A stretch of DNA of 52,446 nucleotides, from contig JAXIPB010000105.1 in the NCBI GenBank assembly GCA_045403155.1, positions 1-52,446 of the forward strand, written 5' to 3'. This document shows positions 36,189 through 44,910 of the stretch, piece by piece. A model generated the notes under the pieces. The model had not been told where the DNA came from. It saw only the letters and a list, made by a program, of their open reading frames with translations, and searched no databases. The translations under genes were made by a program, and so were the position numbers. How positions within the stretch are numbered: the stretch's first letter is position 1; each line of letters begins with the position of its first letter. This stretch comes from Micromonosporaceae bacterium. Lineage in GTDB: Bacteria; Actinomycetota; Actinomycetes; Mycobacteriales; Micromonosporaceae.

Positions 36189-38348
36189 GTGACCGACACC
36201 GTAGGGCGCGCGACCCCGGCCGATCCGTGGCCCGGCGCGAACGATACGGACCTGCCCAGCCCAACCGGCCGATCACTGCCGCCCGAGTTCGGGCCGGGCG
36301 CCGTCGCGGTGCTCGAGGGTGTGTCCTTCATGTACTCCGACGCGGCCGGTGACGTTCCGGCCGGGTCGATCGGCGGGCTGGTGCATGCCGACACCAGGCT
36401 CCTGTCAACGTGGGTTGTGACGCTGAACGGCGCCCGCCTCCTGCCGCTGCGATCGGGCAGCGTGGAGCACTACTCGGCGGCATTCTTCCTGACCAATGCC
36501 GAACTGCCGGGACTGCCGGCCAACGAGTTCGGCGTGCGACGACTGCGCTCGGTCGGCAACACACTACGCGAACGGATTGAGGTGTGGTGCTACGCCCGGG
36601 AACCGGAGCGGATTGAGATTCGACTCTCCGTCGGCAGCGACTTCGCCGACCTGTTCGAGATCAAGGACGTGATCCGCGATCGCTCCGCGGAGATCGTGCG
36701 GTCCCACGCGGCCGACGGCTCGGAGCTGGTCTTCTCGTATCGGAACGAAGCCTTTGACGCCGTGACGCGGGTGCAGGTCTCGCCGCCCGCGTCCAGGGTG
36801 GACGGTGACGACCTGGTCTGGGACTTGGAACTCGCCGATGATGCGTCGTGGTCGGTAGACATCTCGGTGCCATACGACATCGGCGAGGTTATGGTCGTGC
36901 CGACGCGTCAAGGGTTCGGCGAGGCGGCGGGCGGACCGGCCGACGACGCGACCACGCGATGGTTCGCCGAGATTCCGTCGCTGGACAGCGACTCGGATCT
37001 GCTGTGCCACATCGGCGATCAGACCGCGCGGGACCTACTGGCGCTCCGCGTGCAGATGCGACTGGACGATCACTCCCTGATACTTCCGGCGTCCGGGTTG
37101 CCATGGTTCCTCACGGTGTTCGGTCGAGACACCCTGATCACCGCGTATCAGACCGTCTCCTTTGGACCGCAATTGGCCCGCGGCGCGCTGCTGGAGCTGG
37201 CGTCGCTACAGGGCAAGCAGCGCGACGATTTTAAGGACGAGGAGCCCGGAAAGATACTGCACGAGATCCGACAGGGCGAGCTGACCAAGCTGGGCCTGAT
37301 GCCGCACAGCCCGTACTACGGAACCGCCGACGCGACGATGCTGTGGCTCATCCTCCTCTCGGAGTACTGGCGCTGGACGGGCGACAGCGCGTTGGTGAAG
37401 CGACTCGCCGTCAACACTCGCGCCGCCCTGGAGTGGATCGATCGCTACGGAGACTTGGACGGTGACGGGTACGTGGAGTACCAGACCCGCTCCCCACGCG
37501 GTCTCGGCAACCAGTGCTGGCGGGACTCGTGGGACGGGGTGCAGTTCTCGGATGGTCGGCTGCCCTATCTTCCGCTGGCGACCTGCGAGCTGCAGGGATA
37601 TGTGTACGACGCGAAGCTGCGGGCGGCGGAACTGGCCGATGGTCCATTGGATGACGCGATGCTGGCCGCGCGGCTGCGCGCCGAGGCGGCACAGTTGAGG
37701 GAGCGTTTCGACCGTGACTACTGGATCGAAGATCGTGGCGGCTATTACGCGATCGCCCTCGATGGAGACAAGCGGAAGGTCGATTCGGTGACGTCGAACA
37801 TGGGTCACCTGATGTGGAGTGGCATCGTGCCCGACGACCGCGCCGATGTCATCGCCAAGCAGCTCATGTCCGAGGCGATGTTCTCGGGATGGGGCGTTCG
37901 CACGCTGTCCACACTGGACCGCGGCTTTAATCCGATCGGATACCACGTCGGCACCGTGTGGCCACACGACAACTCGATCATCGCGCACGGGTTGGCGAGG
38001 TACGGCTATCGGGAAGAGGCGAACCGGATCGCGCTCGCGCAAATCGAGGCCGCGTCTTTCACCGGCTTTCGATTGCCGGAGGCGTTTTCTGGCTACTCGC
38101 GTTCCATCTCGCGCTTCCCCGTGCCGTACCCGACCGCGTGCAGCCCTCAGGCGTGGGCGACAGCGGCGCCGCTGCTGCTGCTGCGGGCGATGCTCGGGCT
38201 CGACGCCGGCGAGCGGACGCTGACCCTGGATCCGGTCGTGCCGCAGGAGATCGGCTGCGTCGCCGTCTCCGGCATCTCCGCCTTCGGCTCCCGGTGGGAT
38301 GTTGAAGCGGTGGGCCGAAGCGGCACGGTCCGACCGTCCTCCCGGTAG
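36189..38348 (+). CDS. glycogen debranching enzyme-like protein (amylo-alpha-1,6-glucosidase, GDE_N_bis plus GDE_C domains)
   Basis: 719 aa. N-terminal GDE_N-type domain and a C-terminal (alpha/alpha)6 glucosidase domain (WFLTVFGRDTLI, GKILHEIRQGE, WRDSWDG, GWGVRTLS). GTG start after GAGGGAG. Confidence 0.85.
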   Translation: MTDTVGRATPADPWPGANDTDLPSPTGRSLPPEFGPGAVAVLEGVSFMYSDAAGDVPAGSIGGLVHADTRLLSTWVVTLNGARLLPLRSGSVEHYSAAFFLTNAELPGLPANEFGVRRLRSVGNTLRERIEVWCYAREPERIEIRLSVGSDFADLFEIKDVIRDRSAEIVRSHAADGSELVFSYRNEAFDAVTRVQVSPPASRVDGDDLVWDLELADDASWSVDISVPYDIGEVMVVPTRQGFGEAAGGPADDATTRWFAEIPSLDSDSDLLCHIGDQTARDLLALRVQMRLDDHSLILPASGLPWFLTVFGRDTLITAYQTVSFGPQLARGALLELASLQGKQRDDFKDEEPGKILHEIRQGELTKLGLMPHSPYYGTADATMLWLILLSEYWRWTGDSALVKRLAVNTRAALEWIDRYGDLDGDGYVEYQTRSPRGLGNQCWRDSWDGVQFSDGRLPYLPLATCELQGYVYDAKLRAAELADGPLDDAMLAARLRAEAAQLRERFDRDYWIEDRGGYYAIALDGDKRKVDSVTSNMGHLMWSGIVPDDRADVIAKQLMSEAMFSGWGVRTLSTLDRGFNPIGYHVGTVWPHDNSIIAHGLARYGYREEANRIALAQIEAASFTGFRLPEAFSGYSRSISRFPVPYPTACSPQAWATAAPLLLLRAMLGLDAGERTLTLDPVVPQEIGCVAVSGISAFGSRWDVEAVGRSGTVRPSSR

Positions 38349-38379
38349 TGGGTTTTCAATCCTGCAAGAATTCAGGTGA

Positions 38380-38814
38380 TCATCGAGTGCTGGCGCGATC
38401 GGAATACGCCTTGTCTCCGCCGAACCGTGGCTGCAGTTGCTCGTCGTAGTAGTCGGCCGCATCGGCGACTGTGTCGCACGCGTGTCGCAACGCCCGGTCA
38501 GTGAGTGTATCGGCCAGCAGCTCGACGGCGGCATAAACGGTGCCGTCGCGCCAGAAGAGTCGAAGGAAGCTGAGCCGAGCGTTGACGTCGTTGAGTTCCT
38601 CGAGCAGGCCGGGGGAGCGCTCGACGTTGCGCAGCAGCGGTGAGAAGATGCGCAACACCGCTGGCTCGGCGTCCACGAGTCTGATGTAGACGATCGCGGT
38701 TCCGCAACGGATCGCCGCTGGCTCGGCGACGAGGTCGGCCGTGGGTGGCTGATCGTCGAGGTAGGCGGTGAGGAACCGATGGACGTCGCCGCGTAGGTGT
38801 TCGTCGATAGGCAC
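38380..38814 (-). CDS. YbjN-domain protein (T3SS-chaperone-like putative sensory transduction regulator)
   Basis: 144 aa taken from the internal GTG giving VPIDEHLRGDVHRFL.... Acidic YbjN-like fold pattern. The ORF-track start at 38901 would overlap the upstream gene by 64 nt. Confidence 0.55.
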   Translation of the reverse strand: MPIDEHLRGDVHRFLTAYLDDQPPTADLVAEPAAIRCGTAIVYIRLVDAEPAVLRIFSPLLRNVERSPGLLEELNDVNARLSFLRLFWRDGTVYAAVELLADTLTDRALRHACDTVADAADYYDEQLQPRFGGDKAYSDRASTR

Positions 38815-38837
38815 GCCGGTCAGGCTACTCTCCGATC

Positions 38838-39404
38838 TCAGCCCGATTTTCCCGGCCGCCCAGGCGGCAGGAAGCGCCGGCGGCGGGCCTCCTTGATCCA
38901 CCGATGGGCGGTTGTCGGTGGCACACCGTTGGCCCGGGCGAGCTCCGCAACGGGCCGAGGGGATGCCTGGGCGAGATCGAGGTAAGCACGCGCGACATCC
39001 TCGTAGAACCGGTCCGGCCGTCCCCGGACGCCGGCTGCTATTTGCTGGCCGGGGACGGCAACCTCATGGCCGGCCGGCCGGGGCGCGGCGTGTGCCGGAT
39101 CGGTGGTCTCCCAACCGCCACCACCGTGCGCGGGGCCGGCCGCCGAAAGTAGCTTGGCGGGCCGACTGGTCTTCGCCGGGACGACCGCATCGTCGACGAC
39201 GGTCAGCTGTGCATTCGCTGCGGCTTCGATCCGCCCAACCGGAATCGCCCGAAGCAACTCCGCAGTCGGCTCGCCCTCGATGCTCAAGCCGGTCAGGACG
39301 AGCCGGCCGCCCGAGCTGGACGCGACACGGACCAGCACCGTGCTGGCGAGCGGAGGCTCCTGGCGCCACTCGTACCAGTCGTCTCGTACCGGAAAGAGCC
39401 GCAC
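38838..39404 (-). CDS. hypothetical DNA-binding protein with C-terminal helix-turn-helix
   Basis: 188 aa. C-terminal HTH-like segment (VAELARANGVPPTTAHRWIKEARRRRF). GTG start. Divergent from the flotillin gene. Confidence 0.5.
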   Translation of the reverse strand: MRLFPVRDDWYEWRQEPPLASTVLVRVASSSGGRLVLTGLSIEGEPTAELLRAIPVGRIEAAANAQLTVVDDAVVPAKTSRPAKLLSAAGPAHGGGGWETTDPAHAAPRPAGHEVAVPGQQIAAGVRGRPDRFYEDVARAYLDLAQASPRPVAELARANGVPPTTAHRWIKEARRRRFLPPGRPGKSG

Positions 39405-39440
39405 GCGGCCAGGGTACCGGCTTTAGCCTATTGCGCCGAA

Positions 39441-39452
39441 CTAGACGTCTAG
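39441..39452. promoter_or_regulatory. perfect 12-bp palindrome CTAGACGTCTAG in the 83-bp HTH-regulator/flotillin divergent region
   Basis: Read directly, in an AT-rich context, about 36 nt from both divergent start codons. Candidate operator. Confidence 0.5.
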
Positions 39453-39487
39453 ATACGCTTATTAGGACGACGAGTCGAGAGAGGTGG

Positions 39488-41521
39488 ATGACGGTGTTGG
39501 TGCTCCTGAGTGGTGCCGTGATCGGTGCCGCGCTGGTGACGGCGCTGTTGGTCATCCGATCGGTGCACCGGATAGGTCCGACCCAGGTCGGGCTTGTGAC
39601 GAAGCGGTTCGGGCGGCGGCTGCACGGTGACAACCCGATCGCGTTCGCGGGTGAGGCTGGCTACCAGGCGAAGCTGCTCATGCCCGGCGCCAGGCTCAAG
39701 TTCTGGCCGGTCTTCACGGTGACGAAGTTTCCCTGGGTGCAGGTCCCGGCGGGCGAGATCGGAGTGGTCATCGCCCAAGTAGGCGTGCCGCTACCGATCG
39801 GTGCCAAGAGCGCTCGGTTCCGCTCGGAGTTGGGCAACTTCTCCGACCTTCAGGCGTTTCTCGCCAACGGCGGCGAAAAGGGTGTTCAGCGACCCGTGCT
39901 GCCGCCGGGCTCCCTGATCCCGATCCACCCGGTCGCGTTCCTCATCATCACCGCATCGGGTGTGTTCGGTCTACCGGTCGCACCAGACCTGGCGGTGCTC
40001 GCCCGCGGCCGCAGGCTCACACCCGAATCCTTCAAGCTCACGCGGCAGCAGCTTGAGGTCGTTGTGATCGCGCCGCAGGGCGACCACGACGTGATCGGTC
40101 TGGTCACGGTCTTGGAGGGGGAGCCGTTGGCCTCGGGCGACATCGCCAGCCGGCTCGGTGGATTCTCCGACATCACCGCGATCGAGGGAGCCGACGAGGT
40201 CACCGACGCCGAAGTGACCGATGTGCTCCTTGGCTCGAAGAACGAGTTGCACAACAACTACCAGGACTTCCAGGCCTTTTTGGACGCCGGCGGCCGTATG
40301 GGCCTGCAGCACGACCCATTGTTGTACGGGGCTTATCTGCTGAACCCGTTCCTGGTACGCGTCGAGATAGTGCCGATGCTCGTGGTAAATCAAGGTCAGG
40401 TCGCCGTAATCAAGAGCTTCGTCGGGCTGCCCACACTAGACACATCCGGCGTCGAGTTTAAGTTCGGAAGCATCGTGCGGCCGGGGCACCGTGGGATCTG
40501 GCAGGAACCGCTGCGGACCGGCAAGTACGCCATCAACCCGAGGGTGTACGCGGCCGAGCTCGTACCCACGTCGATTCTCACGCTGAACTGGGCAGACGCC
40601 ACGTCGCAAGCGCACGACCTTGACTCGCGGCTGGAGCCGATCGTCGGGAAGAGCCGCGAGGGCTTCGTGTTCACCATCGACCTGCAGGTCCAGATCCACG
40701 TGCCCGATCAACGCGCACCGAAGGTCATCTCGATGGTCGGAACGATGCGTAACCTGGTCAACGAGGTGCTGCAATCGGCGGTGGGTAACCATTTCCGCAA
40801 CACACTCCAGGATCTGGAGGCGGTACGTTTTATCGAGACGCGGCAGCAGGTGCAGCAGAGCGCGTTCGAAGCGATCACCCGGTACCTCGCCGGCTACGAG
40901 GTGGAGACCAAGGGCGTGTACATCCAGGACGTCATCTTCCCGGACGAACTCGTGGAGGTGCTCACCCGCCGGGAGATTGCCAACCAGGAGCGTGCCACAT
41001 ATCGGGAGCAGCAGCTGGCCGAGACCGCGCGTATCGAGATGGAGAAGGCCAAGGGCACGGCCAACATGCAGGCGGAGTTGGCGGCGGCCCAGGTCTCCGT
41101 GGACGTGAACGGCAACCGCGCCCGGGCGCGTGAGGCCGAGGCGGGAGGAGAGGCGGCGTACACCCGGCTGACTGGGCAGGCGCAGGCCGACCGGTTGCAG
41201 GCGCTCGGGTTGGCCGAGGCGAGAGCGGCCGAGGCGCTGGGATTGGCGCGGGCGGCCGGCTTCACGGCGCAGCGCACCGCGATCGGGGAGATGCCAACCG
41301 CATTGGTCGCGATCGCGGGTGCGGTCGCGGACGGTCACATCGACGTGATGCCCGAGGTACTCGTCACCGGAGGGGGGTCGAGCCTCGATGGGCTCGCCGC
41401 GGTGCTCATGCGCGCGTTGAACTCGGGATCGCACGGCGCCGGATCCCCGAACGGCGCCGATCTGCCAGACGGCGTTGGCCCCGACGGTATCCCGACGCCG
41501 CGTGAGTCCGCATCGGCGTGA
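39488..41521 (+). CDS. flotillin-like SPFH/band-7 domain protein (YqiK/FloT-like)
   Basis: The real gene is the C-terminal 677 aa of ORF 38912..41521, from the ATG giving MTVLVLLSGAVIGAALV. It has an N-terminal TM anchor, an SPFH domain and long Glu/Ala-rich coiled-coil repeats (AELAAAQ...AEAGGEAAYTRL...LGLAEARAAEALGLARA). Confidence 0.8.
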   Translation: MTVLVLLSGAVIGAALVTALLVIRSVHRIGPTQVGLVTKRFGRRLHGDNPIAFAGEAGYQAKLLMPGARLKFWPVFTVTKFPWVQVPAGEIGVVIAQVGVPLPIGAKSARFRSELGNFSDLQAFLANGGEKGVQRPVLPPGSLIPIHPVAFLIITASGVFGLPVAPDLAVLARGRRLTPESFKLTRQQLEVVVIAPQGDHDVIGLVTVLEGEPLASGDIASRLGGFSDITAIEGADEVTDAEVTDVLLGSKNELHNNYQDFQAFLDAGGRMGLQHDPLLYGAYLLNPFLVRVEIVPMLVVNQGQVAVIKSFVGLPTLDTSGVEFKFGSIVRPGHRGIWQEPLRTGKYAINPRVYAAELVPTSILTLNWADATSQAHDLDSRLEPIVGKSREGFVFTIDLQVQIHVPDQRAPKVISMVGTMRNLVNEVLQSAVGNHFRNTLQDLEAVRFIETRQQVQQSAFEAITRYLAGYEVETKGVYIQDVIFPDELVEVLTRREIANQERATYREQQLAETARIEMEKAKGTANMQAELAAAQVSVDVNGNRARAREAEAGGEAAYTRLTGQAQADRLQALGLAEARAAEALGLARAAGFTAQRTAIGEMPTALVAIAGAVADGHIDVMPEVLVTGGGSSLDGLAAVLMRALNSGSHGAGSPNGADLPDGVGPDGIPTPRESASA

Positions 41522-41539
41522 CAGAGGGGCCTCGCGGCG

Positions 41540-43684
41540 TCAGGTCACGCCGGCCCGGTCCCGTTCGGCTTGCTGGGCCGCCGTCGCGACATCACCGTGC
41601 CCAGGCCACCAGGCCTTGTGCCCGAGCAGGGCGGTGAGCGATGGAACCAGGAAGACCGACATGACGAACGCGGAGAGCACGATGCCGAGCGCGACCGCGA
41701 AGCCGAGTTGCTGCAGAAAGGAGATCGGTGCGAGCGTGAGTACGCCGAACGTGCCGGCGAGGATCAGCCCCGCCGCGGCGACCGTAGGGCCGGCGTGTTC
41801 CACACCGATCGCGGCTGCCGGGCGCGGTTCGTTCCCCTCCCGCGCCTCCTCTCGAAGGCGAGCGATCATGAGGATGTTGTAGTCCGTTCCGATCGCCACC
41901 ACGAACAGGTACAGGATGATCGGTAGCTGGAACGTGACGCCGGGCTTGTTCTGCAATCCCTGGAAGAGATAGACCGTGGCGCCGAGGGTGGCGGCGAAAT
42001 TGAGCAGCACCGCGATCACGAGGTAGATCGGCGCGACCAGGCTGCGAAGGAGCAGCGCCAGGATGAGCCCGATCAGCAGCGCCGCCGTCGGCAGGATGAC
42101 CGACAGGTCCCGGTTGTTCGCCGTGTTGATGTCGGCGAATATCGCGGTGGTTCCGCCGACCACCGCCTTCGTTCCATCCGGCGCCGCCGCGTGGAGGGCA
42201 TCCCGAAGCTCACCGCGGACGAGCGTGATTGCCTCGTTGGAGACCGGGTTCTCGGCGAGCAAGAGGTTGATCCGCGCGACGCTCGGGTCGGTCCCTGGTT
42301 CGGGCGGCTGCGCCCGGCCGACCCCCGGAGCGTCGGTCGCGGCGGCGGCGAAGGTCTGGAGCTGCTGGGCAGTGAGTGGGGAACCGTCGTTTGTGGTCAG
42401 ATACACCTCGGTGGGAGCCAGCGCCCCCGCCGCGAATCCGCGCTGCAGGTCCGCCGCCGCACGGGCGGATTCGGTGTCCTGAGGGAATCCGGCACTGAAG
42501 TCGTAGTCCGCCTTGTACCACAGACATCCCAGCGCGAGTGCGACCAGCAGGCCGCCCGATACCGCGGCGGCCACCGCCGGCCGGCCTCCGATCCACGTGC
42601 CCAGCCGGTGCGACCACGTCCCCCTCGGTTGGCGCTGCCACGCCTTCGACGGCCAGAAGACGAACCGGCCCAGCAGCGACACCACGGCCGGTATCAACGT
42701 CAGCGCGGTGATCAGCATGACCGCCACCGCGATAGCCAGCGCCGGGCCGAGGGAGCCGAAGAATCCGAGCGACGCGAGCAGCAGCACGAGGAAGGCGACG
42801 ATGACCGCGGCGGCGGCCGACGCGATGACCTCGCCGACCCGCTCGACGGAGACCACCATCGCGGTCCGCTTGTCGTCGCCGGCGCGAAGGCGTTCCCGGT
42901 ATCGGAAGAGCAGGAACAGCATGTAGTCGGTGCCGATGCCGAAGAGCACGATCAGCAGGATGGTCTGCAGGTCCTGGCTGACATTGAGATCGAACGCCTT
43001 GCCGACCGCGGCGATCAGCCGGGTGGCGACGGTGTACACGATGAAGAGCACGACGATGGGGAGTAGCGCGGCGATAGGACTGCGGAAGATAAGCAGGACC
43101 AGCCCGATGATCAGGATGATGGTCGCGATACCCACGATCGCGAACGCGCTGTTGAACGTGCTTTCGTTGTCCACGAAGCTGGCCACGTCACCGGCCACGC
43201 CAGCGGTCAGTCCGCTGCCGGCCAGCGCCGGCCCGAGGTCGGTCCGCAACTGCCGCACCGCATCGAGCAGCGCGGGGTCGTCTGGTGTGTCGGCCTCCAG
43301 CCCTATGTTGACGATCTGGATCGACTTGTCCGGCGCGACTGCCGGTGGGCCGGTCACGTAGCCGGACGTGTGAGCAATGTTCTTCGCCTTGAGGCTCTCG
43401 GCGACCTGACCCACCCTCGACTCATCGGCCGCGGTGAGCGCCTTCCCGTCCGCGCGCTTGACGACGATGACCGCAGTGGACGTGGTCTGCTGCGGAAACG
43501 CCGTCTTGCCGAGCTCGATCGCCTGCACGGACTCGTACGACCGGGGCAGGAAGCTGCCCTGGTCGGCGGAGGTGATGTCGGCCAGCGACGGTGCGGTGAA
43601 GATGATGGCGAAGGCAACCGCCAGCCAGCCGCCGATGACCCACCACGCTCGACGTACGACGAAACGACCCAACCACGCGAACAT
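41540..43684 (-). CDS. MMPL-family (RND superfamily) membrane transporter
   Basis: 714 aa with two 6-TM bundles and two periplasmic loops. MMPL motifs (GTDYMLFLLFRYRE; GTDYNILMIARLRE). Confidence 0.9.
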   Translation of the reverse strand: MFAWLGRFVVRRAWWVIGGWLAVAFAIIFTAPSLADITSADQGSFLPRSYESVQAIELGKTAFPQQTTSTAVIVVKRADGKALTAADESRVGQVAESLKAKNIAHTSGYVTGPPAVAPDKSIQIVNIGLEADTPDDPALLDAVRQLRTDLGPALAGSGLTAGVAGDVASFVDNESTFNSAFAIVGIATIILIIGLVLLIFRSPIAALLPIVVLFIVYTVATRLIAAVGKAFDLNVSQDLQTILLIVLFGIGTDYMLFLLFRYRERLRAGDDKRTAMVVSVERVGEVIASAAAAVIVAFLVLLLASLGFFGSLGPALAIAVAVMLITALTLIPAVVSLLGRFVFWPSKAWQRQPRGTWSHRLGTWIGGRPAVAAAVSGGLLVALALGCLWYKADYDFSAGFPQDTESARAAADLQRGFAAGALAPTEVYLTTNDGSPLTAQQLQTFAAAATDAPGVGRAQPPEPGTDPSVARINLLLAENPVSNEAITLVRGELRDALHAAAPDGTKAVVGGTTAIFADINTANNRDLSVILPTAALLIGLILALLLRSLVAPIYLVIAVLLNFAATLGATVYLFQGLQNKPGVTFQLPIILYLFVVAIGTDYNILMIARLREEAREGNEPRPAAAIGVEHAGPTVAAAGLILAGTFGVLTLAPISFLQQLGFAVALGIVLSAFVMSVFLVPSLTALLGHKAWWPGHGDVATAAQQAERDRAGVT

Positions 43685-43717
43685 CTGCTCCCCCTCAGCT
43701 CCGAAGATCCTTCCCGA

Positions 43718-44239
43718 CTATGTTCTCCTGCGGTCGGGATCCTCCCGTCGCCAGGGGTGCAATCTCGGCAGCCAGCCGGGTACGCCGCGGCGATATGCCT
43801 CGTATTGGGCACCGAACCGGCGGCGCAGCACCGGCTCCTCGTACCATCGGACGAACGCCGCGCAGACGGCGAGGAACGCCGCGGCGTACGCCAGCAGGGG
43901 CACCGAACTGAGCAGGAGGGCCTGCCCGACGATGCAGGCCGTCACCGCGAGATACATCGGATTCCGGACGTAGCGGTACAGGCCGCCGACGACGAGTTGG
44001 TCGGGCGGCGCGACCGGGGCCGGCGTGCCGGCTCCCTCGACGACGAATCGGGCGAACGCGTGCACGAGCACCGCTATGCCGGCCGCCAGCAGCAGTACGC
44101 CGGCCGCCCGCACCGGCGTCGCGAATGGTGGCTGCGACGGGTGCCATCCGGTCAGCCACCACGGCACCAGGGCACCGGCGACGCCTGGCGCCAGTACGAA
44201 GAAGACTGCCGAACCGGCGGCGGCTATGTTCCTACGCAA
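43718..44239 (-). CDS. ICMT/PEMT-family membrane methyltransferase (isoprenylcysteine carboxyl / phospholipid methyltransferase-like)
   Basis: Family motif (LVVGGLYRYVRNPMYLAV...FVRWYEEPVLRRRFG). Start set to the TTG preceded by GGAG, 8 nt after the response-regulator stop. A GTG at 44266 is the alternative. Confidence 0.7.
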   Translation of the reverse strand: MRRNIAAAGSAVFFVLAPGVAGALVPWWLTGWHPSQPPFATPVRAAGVLLLAAGIAVLVHAFARFVVEGAGTPAPVAPPDQLVVGGLYRYVRNPMYLAVTACIVGQALLLSSVPLLAYAAAFLAVCAAFVRWYEEPVLRRRFGAQYEAYRRGVPGWLPRLHPWRREDPDRRRT

Positions 44240-44247
44240 CTGGACTC

Positions 44248-44910
44248 CTATGAAACTAGGCCGCACTCATACCCGAGAATCACTGCGCTGACCCGATCTC
44301 GGAGCTCGAGCTTGGCAAGAATGTGTCCGATATGGGTTTTGACCGTCCCCTCGGACAGGTGGAGGCTCTCGGCGATCTCGTTGTTGGACCGGCCCTGGGC
44401 GATGAGCGTGAGCACCTCGCGTTCGCGAGTGGTAAGCACGGCTAGGCGCTGCGAGTGTCGCGGAGTCGGATCGCTCGGACTGGGCTGCGGTTGGCAAAAA
44501 CGCGCGATGAGGCGACGAGTGACGCTGGGCGCTGCGACCGCCTCACCGGACGCCACGACCCGGACGGCCGAGACCAGGTCCGCGGCGAGCGTGTCCTTGA
44601 GGAGGAAACCGCTGGCCCCGGCACGGAGGCCGGAGAACACGTACTCGTCGAGATCGAAGGTAGTCAGAATGATCACCCGTGGCGGTGTCGGCATGGCCCG
44701 GATGCGTCGGGTCGCCTCGATTCCGTCCATACCCGGCATGCGAACGTCGACCAGCACCACATCCGGCATGGTCGCGCCGACCACCCCGAGGCCGGCCGCG
44801 CCGTCGCCGGCCTCGCCGACGACCTCGATGTCGTCGGTCTCGTCGAGGATCATTCGAAATCCGGTCCGCACTAACGCCTGATCGTCGACCAGTACCACCC
44901 GGATCGTCAT
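44248..44910 (-). CDS. NarL/LuxR-family two-component response regulator
   Basis: REC domain (VVLVDDQALVR...DVVLVDVRMPGMDG) and a LuxR HTH (REREVLTLIAQGRSNNEIAESLHLSEGTVKTHIGHILAKL). Confidence 0.9.
   Translation of the reverse strand: MTIRVVLVDDQALVRTGFRMILDETDDIEVVGEAGDGAAGLGVVGATMPDVVLVDVRMPGMDGIEATRRIRAMPTPPRVIILTTFDLDEYVFSGLRAGASGFLLKDTLAADLVSAVRVVASGEAVAAPSVTRRLIARFCQPQPSPSDPTPRHSQRLAVLTTREREVLTLIAQGRSNNEIAESLHLSEGTVKTHIGHILAKLELRDRVSAVILGYECGLVS

Noticed and set aside
38912-39487. N-terminal 190 codons of the 869-aa ORF
   Set aside because: This part is antisense to the YbjN and HTH genes and is Arg/Pro-rich. The flotillin gene starts at the internal ATG (39488) after an AT-rich promoter region.
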